A DNA stretch of 27,175 bases from a virus (taxonomy: Duplodnaviria; Caudoviricetes), in the IMG/VR virus record IMGVR_UViG_3300023176_002188, positions 1-27,175 of that record; one strand, given 5' to 3'. Position 1 is the stretch's first letter. The number at the start of each line of letters is the position of its first letter. This document shows, piece after piece, positions 16,469 through 25,165 of the stretch. The position numbers and the translations under genes were made by a program. Below the pieces are notes generated by a model, which did not search any database, was not told the DNA's origin, and was given only the letters and a program-made list of their open reading frames with translations.

Positions 16469-16534
16469 ATGGCATTATCAAGAGCAAGAAACTTAGCAAA
16501 CTTTACACCACCAACAAAATCTTTGAAAGGTTAA
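16469..16534 (+). pseudogene. 21-codon remnant of an internally deleted LamG-type fibre gene (MALSRARNLANFTPPTKSLKG*)
   Basis: AAGGA RBS and ATG. The first half matches the start of gene 14790 (23 bp identical). The second half matches the C-terminus of gene 6411 (NFTPPTKPLKG*) and is 21 bp identical to 26992-27012. Not in the ORF track. Confidence 0.8.
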
Positions 16535-16539
16535 AATCT

Positions 16540-16547
16540 TATAAATA
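16540..16547 (+). promoter_or_regulatory. T4-type late promoter (TATAAATA)
   Basis: Exact motif, intergenic, upstream of the gene at 16583. Confidence 0.8.
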
Positions 16548-16582
16548 TAACTAATAAATTTATTAAATTGGATGGGAAACTG

Positions 16583-16861
16583 ATGACCGATAATCTTGAG
16601 GGGCGTCTCGACAGAATAGAGGATAAGATGGACAAAATGGCAGAAGCTCTTGTCACACTTGCTCGTTTTGAAGAGAAAATGGATGCTTATAATGAGTATC
16701 GTCAAAATTCGTGGGAACGAATGAATAAGTTTTCAGAAAAGTTAGATAGAATCGAAAAGACAGTTGAAGAAAATGCTCATACTGTTGCTATAATTAATAA
16801 ACTTTTTTGGGTCGCGATTGTGGCGGCTGCTGGCGCAATAGCCACACAGATCTGGATGTAA
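16583..16861 (+). CDS. Small coiled-coil protein with C-terminal transmembrane helix (holin/XhlA-like membrane protein)
   Basis: ATG at 16583 after GGGA is preferred over TTG at 16568. Heptad RLDRIEDKMDKM...KLDRIEK, then hydrophobic LFWVAIVAAAGAIATQIWM. Confidence 0.65.
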   Translation: MTDNLEGRLDRIEDKMDKMAEALVTLARFEEKMDAYNEYRQNSWERMNKFSEKLDRIEKTVEENAHTVAIINKLFWVAIVAAAGAIATQIWM

Positions 16862-16874
16862 GGAGAATATATAT

Positions 16875-18659
16875 ATGGAACTTAACTTTAAAAATTTAGC
16901 CAGCGCATATTTAAAAATATTAGAAGGTTATGATTTTGTCATCCCCGAAGATGTGCCTGCTAACGAAAGAACAGCATTTCACGGTGCCGCAGCAGCAGCG
17001 CATAAAGCCGGAAAATCACACTTTGATTTTGGTGGTAAAAAATATCCAGTAACAATGAAGAAAGATGCTGCAAAGGCAATTAATTCTGAAGTTCAAAAAG
17101 AAGCAAAAGAAGATGCTGAACCAGAAGCTTCTAGTGAAGTTGACGGGAACGATGAAAAAGATTCAGGATCTAAAAAAGTTCCATGCCCAAAGTGTGAAGG
17201 AAAAGGTTGCGCACACTGCGATAACAAAGGTTATCACATGTCTAAGGTTGAAACTAAAGTTACTGAAGGTAATATGGACGGAATGTGCTGCAAAGACTGC
17301 GGTGATATGTTTGGCCAACCCACAGAAGGTAATTGCACATATGATGCATATGACCCAAAGGGCAAGAACTGGATTAAAGCTGAAAAACAGCACGAGTCTG
17401 TAGAAGAATCCGCTATTAAAGAATTAACTGCTGCAGAAAAAAAATTAGTAAATCAAATGTATAATAAAGACGGAACTTTAACCGACATCGGTAAAAAAGT
17501 AATGAATCATGGTAAAAAACCTGGAGATAAGGGTTATATAGAAAGTACAAACGAAGATACTAATTTTGTACCACATAGTAACTGCCCGTGTGGAGATGAT
17601 TGTAACTGTGATCCATGCACTTGTGCAGAAGTAAAAGAAGAAAAACAAATTGATGAAATCTCTCGTAGCATGACACCAATGAGAAATAGATTTGGTGGAA
17701 ATGTAGATCCTAAAAAGTTTGATACATATAAGAAATATATGAAAACACATAAGTTGGATGAACCAACTGTACGTATGATTCATCAAAATCCAGATGATGC
17801 TGAATCAAAGCGTATGATGAAGAATCCAAAGTATGCTCAGGCAGTAAGTTTATATAAAGCTTCAATGAAAAATGAATCAACACAAGTTGATGAGATCTCT
17901 GCTGACCTAGCTAAAAGAGCGTTGGATAAAAGAGACTCACAGGCTAATAGATTAGGAAGTGCTGCCAAACGTGCAGCTGCTTTAAAAAATAGATCGCTAG
18001 ACAAAGCCAGACAAAGGCGTGATCGTGAAATGGGCACGAATATGCATAAAGACGCAGAAATTAAGAAACACACTGATACTGCCAAACGTGCAGGGCATGT
18101 CGGTAGTAATCTTCATTATGCTGCAAGAAAAGCTGACAAAAAAGCTGATAAGACTTATGACTATATGAAAAAGCGTGGCATGAAAACAGAAGAATTAGAA
18201 CTTGATGAAAAGAAAATAAAATTAACGCCTAAAGATATTAAAAGGGCCATTGCAAGTATTAAACCTCCTAAAAAGAAACCAACTTTACCAAAGGCTCCTT
18301 GGGATAAAAAGGAAGAAGTCGAAATGAAAAAAGAAAGCGTAAATCGCGACAATTGGATTGAAGCTCTTCAAAGTAAAAAATTACAAGAAGCTGAAGATGC
18401 TAAAACAAAAACATCCGCACCTACAGCAAATCATAAATCGGATGATGCTACACGTGATACATATGACAAACAATTATCTACTCGTAAGGGTGAAAAAGAT
18501 TTTGTAGATATGCATAATCCGGAAACTCCAGAGTTTGCAGATGTAAATAGAGTATTGCCAAAAACTTTTGCCGCATATACAGCAGGTGTAAAAGCTGGTG
18601 GCGGAAAAACAAATGATGCACCAGGCGATAAGACTATGCCTAAAAATGATGGGAAGTAA
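16875..18659 (+). CDS. Mosaic multi-module charged protein with Cys-rich metal-binding segments (putative processed internal head polyprotein)
   Basis: 594 aa; strong AAGGAG RBS. Modules are separated by KILE|G, KVTE|G, AIKE|L, STNE|D, QIDE|I, QVDE|I, LELDE|K and KLQE|A. Cys clusters CPKCEGKGCAHC, CCKDC and CPCGDDCNCDPCTC. Confidence 0.7.
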   Translation: MELNFKNLASAYLKILEGYDFVIPEDVPANERTAFHGAAAAAHKAGKSHFDFGGKKYPVTMKKDAAKAINSEVQKEAKEDAEPEASSEVDGNDEKDSGSKKVPCPKCEGKGCAHCDNKGYHMSKVETKVTEGNMDGMCCKDCGDMFGQPTEGNCTYDAYDPKGKNWIKAEKQHESVEESAIKELTAAEKKLVNQMYNKDGTLTDIGKKVMNHGKKPGDKGYIESTNEDTNFVPHSNCPCGDDCNCDPCTCAEVKEEKQIDEISRSMTPMRNRFGGNVDPKKFDTYKKYMKTHKLDEPTVRMIHQNPDDAESKRMMKNPKYAQAVSLYKASMKNESTQVDEISADLAKRALDKRDSQANRLGSAAKRAAALKNRSLDKARQRRDREMGTNMHKDAEIKKHTDTAKRAGHVGSNLHYAARKADKKADKTYDYMKKRGMKTEELELDEKKIKLTPKDIKRAIASIKPPKKKPTLPKAPWDKKEEVEMKKESVNRDNWIEALQSKKLQEAEDAKTKTSAPTANHKSDDATRDTYDKQLSTRKGEKDFVDMHNPETPEFADVNRVLPKTFAAYTAGVKAGGGKTNDAPGDKTMPKNDGK

Positions 18660-18671
18660 ACAAAAAACTCT

Positions 18672-19040
18672 ATGAAACTTTTTAATGAATTGAATGAAGA
18701 AAATTTTACACTATATGCAATTAAAAATTATTATAATCCAAAATGTATTGATGTTGAAGAATTTTATGAAGATCTAAATAGATTTAAATATGTTAAAAGA
18801 TTAGTGAATAGATATTTAGATAGTGGCAAATTATCCGAAAGATTAATACTAAATCATTTAATAGTTATTTTTAATGCATTTGATATTGAAGCATCTTTAA
18901 AAATGTTAGAATATAAATTAGATGATGAACATTGGTGTGTAATTAAGCCTTTTTTAATTTTTCTACGTCATATTAAAAATAATCAATATACTGGCATTAG
19001 TATGGATGAAAAAGTAATAGAAGCATTAAGGAAAATATAA
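18672..19040 (+). CDS. Conserved hypothetical protein of T4-like phages
   Basis: 122 aa; ELNEENF.LYA.K.Y.NP.C...ERLILNHLI signature recalled from marine T4-like phages. Confidence 0.7.
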   Translation: MKLFNELNEENFTLYAIKNYYNPKCIDVEEFYEDLNRFKYVKRLVNRYLDSGKLSERLILNHLIVIFNAFDIEASLKMLEYKLDDEHWCVIKPFLIFLRHIKNNQYTGISMDEKVIEALRKI

Positions 19041-19041
19041 T

Positions 19042-19629
19042 ATGGGAATGATCCAACGCGCCGGCGATTTAATCTATACATTTAGATTCTTAACACTTCT
19101 TGTGACACCATTTGAAAAAACAAAAGCATTTGAACTTGGTATTATTGATGAAGAAGGTAAAAGAATTAAATCTGTTAAATTGGATGACAGAGAAAAGAAA
19201 AGTGCATATACACCTTTTCACAGATTAGTTTTTAATGTAAAAAAATTACTTGCAAAAGCCCCCGGTGGTAAATCTTCGGTTGCTTCTTATGCAGCAGCTT
19301 TATATCTTATAAAAGAAAAATTAGATTTATCAGATTCTTCAATTAAAAAAATCATAAAAGAAACTGGTTACTCACCAATTGATTTTCTCAATGAAGATAG
19401 TCAATGGTTTATATCAGAAAATTATATGTTATCCCCTGGTGTTTACCGTTTAAAGTATGATAAAGTTGTAAATAGTACTATTGAAGAATTAGTGAAAGCA
19501 AAAGATCAAATAAGAGTATTACCGGAATCATATCCTATTGGTGAAATGTTTGGTTTACATATTTATGAAGCAGAACATATTGCTACCCGCCAAAAAGTTT
19601 ATCTTACACTAGAGGAGCTTATTCGATGA
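19042..19629 (+). CDS. Conserved hypothetical protein of T4-like phages
   Basis: 195 aa; DLIYTFRFL..L..PFEK..AF.LGIID..G...AYTPFHRLV signature recalled from T4-like phages; begins 1 nt after the upstream stop. Confidence 0.7.
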   Translation: MGMIQRAGDLIYTFRFLTLLVTPFEKTKAFELGIIDEEGKRIKSVKLDDREKKSAYTPFHRLVFNVKKLLAKAPGGKSSVASYAAALYLIKEKLDLSDSSIKKIIKETGYSPIDFLNEDSQWFISENYMLSPGVYRLKYDKVVNSTIEELVKAKDQIRVLPESYPIGEMFGLHIYEAEHIATRQKVYLTLEELIR

Positions 19630-20399
19630 AACCGCCTAGTTGGAAAAAAGCAGGTCCCGATGGAGAAATAGAAATTAAATTTCCGACAGGCCGCCGTTTT
19701 AAAATAGAAAAATTTTATGATGAGAATTTGAGAACAGGAAATATTCGTCATAAAGGGGAGTGGAATGTATATGAATGGAACCCCCGTACAAGAGATTGGG
19801 AGTGGGGCGATACTTACAAGCCTAAAGGATATGCTAAACAACAAGTAATGGATTCGGGGCAGTATAATAAACAGGGCAAAAAAGTTGCCGATTATTCAGA
19901 CTCTTTTAAATATGAATCAGTTAATGAAAATATTAAACCTCATCCAGATGTTATCAAAGCTTATAAAAAGACAAGAGATGCCGATGATCAAGCCGCGGAT
20001 TATAACTATAGAGGGAATAAAGCCAGAGTAACAAGAGCGGCTAATCATTTATCAAATATGATTAAGAAACATCATCCAGATTTAAATTCTCAAGAAAAAA
20101 TTAATCTACGCACTAAACTTCAAAATATGGATGAAAATGCTGGATTATGGGCAAATATTCGTGCTAAAAGAGCACGAGGTGAAAGAATGCGTAAAAAGGG
20201 CGAAAAAGGTGCTCCTACTGATGCTCAAATTAAAAGAATTAAAGATAAATCAAAAACCGAAGATACTACTACAGCAAGTGTAGCAATGCCCCCAACTGCA
20301 GTATTTAAAGCTATTAATGTAACAGATAAAAGACGTAGAAAGGATAGTCCTCCGGTTATTCTTAAAAGATTCCGTGGCTTTATGAAAGACAATGCTTAA
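19626..20399 (+). CDS. Mosaic multi-module hypothetical protein
   Basis: 257 aa; Trp-rich N-terminal module, then SVNE|N, MDE|N and KTE|D linkers separating modules that include GLWANIRAKRARGERMRKKGEKGAPT. Confidence 0.65.
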   Translation: MKPPSWKKAGPDGEIEIKFPTGRRFKIEKFYDENLRTGNIRHKGEWNVYEWNPRTRDWEWGDTYKPKGYAKQQVMDSGQYNKQGKKVADYSDSFKYESVNENIKPHPDVIKAYKKTRDADDQAADYNYRGNKARVTRAANHLSNMIKKHHPDLNSQEKINLRTKLQNMDENAGLWANIRAKRARGERMRKKGEKGAPTDAQIKRIKDKSKTEDTTTASVAMPPTAVFKAINVTDKRRRKDSPPVILKRFRGFMKDNA

Positions 20400-20910
20400 A
20401 TTATATCTTTTAATATTTGTTATTGGTACTATCGGTGGTGGAGGGTTTATTGCATATAAAACTTATACTGATATGCAAAATAAAATTATTATACTCTCAT
20501 CTCAGAATCAACAACTAAAAGATGCTACCGAACAACAAGAGGAAGCAATGGCTTCATTACAAGCAGATTTTAAAAAAGCTAATGAAGAACTGAATAGAGT
20601 AAATACCGAGTTTGCAAGAATAAGAGAACAGAATAATTTATTATCAAATAAGCTTGCTAATATTGATCTTGGAATAATGGCTGTAAGAGATCCTGATGAT
20701 ATTGAGTTTAAAGTAAATAGAGGTACAGTTAATGCCGGGAGATGTTTTGAATTATTAAGTGGTGCTGAATTAAATGATATAGAAAAAGGAGCAAAAGATG
20801 CTAAAGACTTTAACCGCGAGTGCCCTTGGCTTTATGATGATTATAAGTCTAGGGGCATGCTCAACGAAACAGCCGATACAGGAGATAACAATATCAACGA
20901 AACCAATTGA
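20392..20910 (+). CDS. Putative inner-membrane spanin (Rz-like, i-spanin)
   Basis: 172 aa; N-terminal TM helix (LYLLIFVIGTIGGGGFIAY), long periplasmic coiled coil and two C-terminal Cys; overlaps a downstream lipoprotein gene. Confidence 0.75.
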   Translation: MLKLYLLIFVIGTIGGGGFIAYKTYTDMQNKIIILSSQNQQLKDATEQQEEAMASLQADFKKANEELNRVNTEFARIREQNNLLSNKLANIDLGIMAVRDPDDIEFKVNRGTVNAGRCFELLSGAELNDIEKGAKDAKDFNRECPWLYDDYKSRGMLNETADTGDNNINETN

Positions 20911-21193
20911 AAAACCTAAATTGGTTTTACCTAAAGTTGATAAATTAAATATTAGACAAGTAGAATGGGTTGTTATAAATGAAGACAATCTTGAAGAAGA
21001 AATACAAAAGATAAAAGAAACCGGTCAACCTATAGGATTATTTGCTCTTACTGGAAAGGGCTATCAAAATCTTGCATTAAATTTTAGTGATATTAGAGCA
21101 ATGGTGCAACAGCAACAACAAATTATTGCTGCATATGAAACATATTATCAAGAAGCAGAAAAGAAATTAGACGAAGCAGTAGTAGTGGAGTAA
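20798..21193 (+). CDS. Putative outer-membrane spanin lipoprotein (Rz1-like, o-spanin)
   Basis: 131 aa; signal peptide MLKTLTASALGFMMIISLGA|C with lipobox LGAC, then a Pro-containing segment. Starts 113 bp inside the i-spanin gene in another frame, with an AAGGAG RBS. Confidence 0.75.
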   Translation: MLKTLTASALGFMMIISLGACSTKQPIQEITISTKPIEKPKLVLPKVDKLNIRQVEWVVINEDNLEEEIQKIKETGQPIGLFALTGKGYQNLALNFSDIRAMVQQQQQIIAAYETYYQEAEKKLDEAVVVE

Positions 21194-21199
21194 GATAAT

Positions 21200-21466
21200 A
21201 TGTTAGAAAGATTATTTTCAGATACACTCTGGATTTATACATCAATAGCAGGAGCATTATTAGGTGCTGCATTCCTAGCTTATTTTAAAGAAACAAGAGC
21301 AGGTCTTTGGTCTTATGCTAAATTAGATCAATTTTTAGATTATCTTGTAGAAAGATGGGGTTTAACATGGCTTGAACAACCTGAAGATGCTTGGAGAAAA
21401 AAATATCCTAAAATTACTAAAAAAATTGATGCTATTGAAGCACGACTTGACAAACTTGAAAAATAG
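21200..21466 (+). CDS. Small membrane protein (possible holin/antiholin)
   Basis: 88 aa; one hydrophobic helix LWIYTSIAGALLGAAFLAYF and a charged C-terminus; adjacent to the spanins. Confidence 0.55.
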   Translation: MLERLFSDTLWIYTSIAGALLGAAFLAYFKETRAGLWSYAKLDQFLDYLVERWGLTWLEQPEDAWRKKYPKITKKIDAIEARLDKLEK

Positions 21467-21474
21467 TATAAATA
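21467..21474 (+). promoter_or_regulatory. T4-type late promoter (TATAAATA)
   Basis: Exact motif immediately after the stop at 21466, ~25 nt upstream of ATG 21500. Confidence 0.8.
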
Positions 21475-21499
21475 GTAGAAAATAACGAGTGAGTGTATC

Positions 21500-24400
21500 A
21501 TGGCTTCAAACGCTAGAAATCTTTCAAAGCTTCTGGGAACTTCAACACAGGTTCCTACTACCGCATTACCTCAAGCGATTGCTGATCTTGAAACGATCGG
21601 TACTTCCCTATCTGGCGGTGATATTGCACCAAAGAATATTTCATCAAACACTCTCACTCAATCTTTTGATTCTAATCAGACCGTAAACTTTATAATGTCT
21701 GATAGTATTGATACTATTAGTCCTATCATATCTGTATTTAAAGAGGTTTCTCAACCGGGTATAAGTAGCAAAGGCAACTGGGACGTTAATGCTAATGCAA
21801 CTAATTACGAGTTCTTTGATGAAAAACCAATTTCTTATTCATCGATTAGTTTAACACCAAGTGCAACTGGTGATGGTACTTTTACGAGTAGTAATCCAGT
21901 TGTTTCAGGATATGTTATTGCAAACGCTTCATTAGACTCAGATAGTTTTGATCCAAGTTCTCAGGAAACTAGCCCACAAGGTCTTGACATAAGCCCAGAT
22001 GGTACAAAGCTAATAGTTGTAGGTGCCACAGATGATGCCTTAGACTATTATACGTTGAGCACGCCTTTTGATCTTAGTTCAGCTACACACGGTGGCACAA
22101 CTTCGACTATTAATTCAAATCCATATGGTTGTAGATTTAGTTCAACAGGTCATAAAATTTTTGTGTCTCGAAATCAAGCCGATGATGTGTATGAAATACC
22201 TCTTAGTACTAATTATGATGCTTCTACAGCAGGTGCATTTCAAAGTAGTGGAAATCTGACCACACTTAGTGGTAACGCTCAAGCTGACTTTAATGGTATT
22301 CATTTTAGTTCAGATGGGACAAAAATGTTTAGTTGTGATGAAGCTAACAATAAAGTTCATGAATATACTCTTTCAACAGCATGGGATATTACAACTTTAT
22401 CATATGTTCATGCATTTGATATTTCTTCACAAGATACAATTGTTAATGATTTAGCATTTACTGACGATGGTACACGTATGTTTATATTGGGCTCGCAAAC
22501 CGGATATATTTATGAGTACGGCTTAACTCAAGCTTGGGATGTAAGCTCAGCATCTTACTCAAATATTAGCCTTGCACAAACAAATGGCAGGGGAATGACA
22601 TTTAGTAATTCCGGGCAAAAGATGTATCTTGCTAAAATTAGTGACGCCGAGCTCATCCGCTACAGTACAAGCTCTTCGACTGCTTTCAATTCATCTGACG
22701 TAGGCAAAAAAGTTGTAGGTAACTCTGGTACTGCGGTAATTACTTCTACTGCTGGTGCATATAAATCGGTCACTGCCTTTGCAGATACTTCTACAATTTC
22801 TTCTTGGCAGTTATTTGGTGCTGAAGGTAAGTCTGATGGGACTGGTATATCTTTAACTGCATCTGCATCTGGTGCATTTAATGTATCCGGAGCTTCGGAC
22901 ACGGGCCGCACTGGAGAAATAGGTCCTATAATGCGGGCTGTAACAGGTAATGAATATACCTCCAGTCAAACAAATGGTGCTTACATGAAACCTGATGGAA
23001 CACAATTTTTCATCAATTATGGTGGGGCGCAGAATTTAGGTAGATACATATATTCTGTACCTCTTACAACTGCTTATGATATTAGTACAGTAACTTCAAC
23101 CGGTGCAGTTCAAGGTAATATTAATACTGATCCAAGTATGGTCCAATACGGTGGTATTTTCATAAGTCCTGATGGAACAAAACTGTATTTTACAGATCCT
23201 GACTATACTAATAGCGCCATTCTTCAGTATAATATGTCCACTGCATGGGCAGTCAACACTATGTCTCTTGCTACTAAGAAAACAGTTACTAATGCTTATC
23301 TGAGAGTTCCGAAAGGAATTTTTTTCTCTCAAGATGGAACTAAAATGTTTCTTTGCACAGTAAACTTTAATATTGACGCAAATGGAGTTTTACATTTAGT
23401 AAGAATGACTCTTTCAACTGCCTGGGATTTATCAACAGCCGGAACTGCTCCAGATACCAATCAATATATAGATATGAGTAATGTTACAAGTAATGGCGCT
23501 GCTAGAATTACAGGTGCAGGGCAAATTAATTCCGATGGGACCAAAATAGTTTTTGTTAACAGCGTACCTTCATCTCCTGAGTTTGTATTAATAGAATTAA
23601 GTACACCTTATGATTTAACTACTGCTACTTTTACAGACTATTCACCACCTGGTGGTACTGGTTATGGTAATGGAGCGTTTGTAATTCAAAATGGATTAAA
23701 AGCTTATTTGAAATCTGGTTCTACTTCTCAAAACTTTTATCATGAATATGATATTGGTGAACTTGCAAAAGTACCTTATAATCAATACTCTCCAGCTCTT
23801 ACAAATTCATCTAACGGTCAGATCAACTCGTCTACTTGGCTAGATATTAACTCCATGACTGCAGATGAAACCAAAAATGACGGCGATATTTTCTATGCTG
23901 TTTCAACGGACAATAGAACAAGCTGGGGTGTAGCTAAAGCATCAGACGGTGTAAGAAAGATTGCAAGAAATAACTCTGGAACTTGGCAGTATAACAATGA
24001 TTCTGGAACAACTGTTACAGTAGGATTTGATATTGCAAATGCATCTTACGATAGTAAAAGTTTGAATGCTAGTGGATATGAAACATTTCTACGAGGAGTA
24101 GATATTAGTAGTGATGGTCAACATTTAATTATAACTGGTTCAACTTCTGATGATTTGCATTATTATACCCTTTCAACCGCTTTTGATGTAAGTACAGCTT
24201 CTTATGTAAATAAAATTGACCCTCATGGAACTGTTCCTACATCATGTAGATTTTCTTCTACCGGTCACAAAGTATTTATTTGTGATGGTAATACATATAA
24301 AGTTGAAAGTTTTGATCTTAGTACTGCTTATGATCTTTCAACTGCAAGCTCAGGAACAACCAGCACTGCTTTAACCACTGTTAGTAGCAACGCTCAAACA

Positions 24401-25165
24401 ACTGTTTTTGATTTTAACTTTAATAATGACGGGACTAAAATGTTTTCCATTGATAGAAATGGATATAAAATTCACGAATATACTCTTTCTACAGCATGGG
24501 ACATAACTAATTTAACTTATGTTGATGCATATACTTTTACAGCATATAGTGAAAGCTTTGCCTTTAGTAGCGATGGTACTAAATTATTCATACTTAACCA
24601 GTCTGGTAATGATAAAGTTGAGTTACATAATTTAAGCGTTGCTTTTGACATAAGTACAGCTTCTATATCTTCTCCATTAGTATCATATGATGTATCTTCA
24701 CAAGATAATACTTCATATGGAATATGTTTCGGCAACAACGGTCAGAAAATGTATATTGCTGGTAGCGATTATGAAACAGTATATCAATATTCTACAGGCT
24801 CAACTACTGTTGGTTATTCCATATCTGAAACTTGGGTCAATGGTACAAACAACAACGAACATGCCACGCTGCAGCAAGCTTTAGGTGCGCAATCGTTCAA
24901 TAGAATGAATAAGGCTCAATTAGACGCAGTGGCTGATGGTTATCACTTCAGTCAAGACAGTGCAGACACTCTTGATTTGATGATTGCTCCTTATGCAGCT
25001 TCTGGCGAAAGTCCTATTTCAGACGGTGTCACGATTAACTATGATGCAGAAGCTTTAGTTAGAGAAGCTGTAGCTGGTACAGATTATATCGCAGAATTTC
25101 CATCTCCAAACAGACTGGACATCAAGTCGCTCATAAACGGTAACCTCAAGATAAGGGCTCAGTAA
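21500..25165 (+). CDS. Large structural/adhesin protein with three beta-propeller-like repeat domains
   Basis: 1221 aa; leader MASNARNLSKLLG; many blade repeats G..FS.DGTKMF and EY.LSTAWD.ST arranged in three blocks. Confidence 0.8.
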   Translation: MASNARNLSKLLGTSTQVPTTALPQAIADLETIGTSLSGGDIAPKNISSNTLTQSFDSNQTVNFIMSDSIDTISPIISVFKEVSQPGISSKGNWDVNANATNYEFFDEKPISYSSISLTPSATGDGTFTSSNPVVSGYVIANASLDSDSFDPSSQETSPQGLDISPDGTKLIVVGATDDALDYYTLSTPFDLSSATHGGTTSTINSNPYGCRFSSTGHKIFVSRNQADDVYEIPLSTNYDASTAGAFQSSGNLTTLSGNAQADFNGIHFSSDGTKMFSCDEANNKVHEYTLSTAWDITTLSYVHAFDISSQDTIVNDLAFTDDGTRMFILGSQTGYIYEYGLTQAWDVSSASYSNISLAQTNGRGMTFSNSGQKMYLAKISDAELIRYSTSSSTAFNSSDVGKKVVGNSGTAVITSTAGAYKSVTAFADTSTISSWQLFGAEGKSDGTGISLTASASGAFNVSGASDTGRTGEIGPIMRAVTGNEYTSSQTNGAYMKPDGTQFFINYGGAQNLGRYIYSVPLTTAYDISTVTSTGAVQGNINTDPSMVQYGGIFISPDGTKLYFTDPDYTNSAILQYNMSTAWAVNTMSLATKKTVTNAYLRVPKGIFFSQDGTKMFLCTVNFNIDANGVLHLVRMTLSTAWDLSTAGTAPDTNQYIDMSNVTSNGAARITGAGQINSDGTKIVFVNSVPSSPEFVLIELSTPYDLTTATFTDYSPPGGTGYGNGAFVIQNGLKAYLKSGSTSQNFYHEYDIGELAKVPYNQYSPALTNSSNGQINSSTWLDINSMTADETKNDGDIFYAVSTDNRTSWGVAKASDGVRKIARNNSGTWQYNNDSGTTVTVGFDIANASYDSKSLNASGYETFLRGVDISSDGQHLIITGSTSDDLHYYTLSTAFDVSTASYVNKIDPHGTVPTSCRFSSTGHKVFICDGNTYKVESFDLSTAYDLSTASSGTTSTALTTVSSNAQTTVFDFNFNNDGTKMFSIDRNGYKIHEYTLSTAWDITNLTYVDAYTFTAYSESFAFSSDGTKLFILNQSGNDKVELHNLSVAFDISTASISSPLVSYDVSSQDNTSYGICFGNNGQKMYIAGSDYETVYQYSTGSTTVGYSISETWVNGTNNNEHATLQQALGAQSFNRMNKAQLDAVADGYHFSQDSADTLDLMIAPYAASGESPISDGVTINYDAEALVREAVAGTDYIAEFPSPNRLDIKSLINGNLKIRAQ

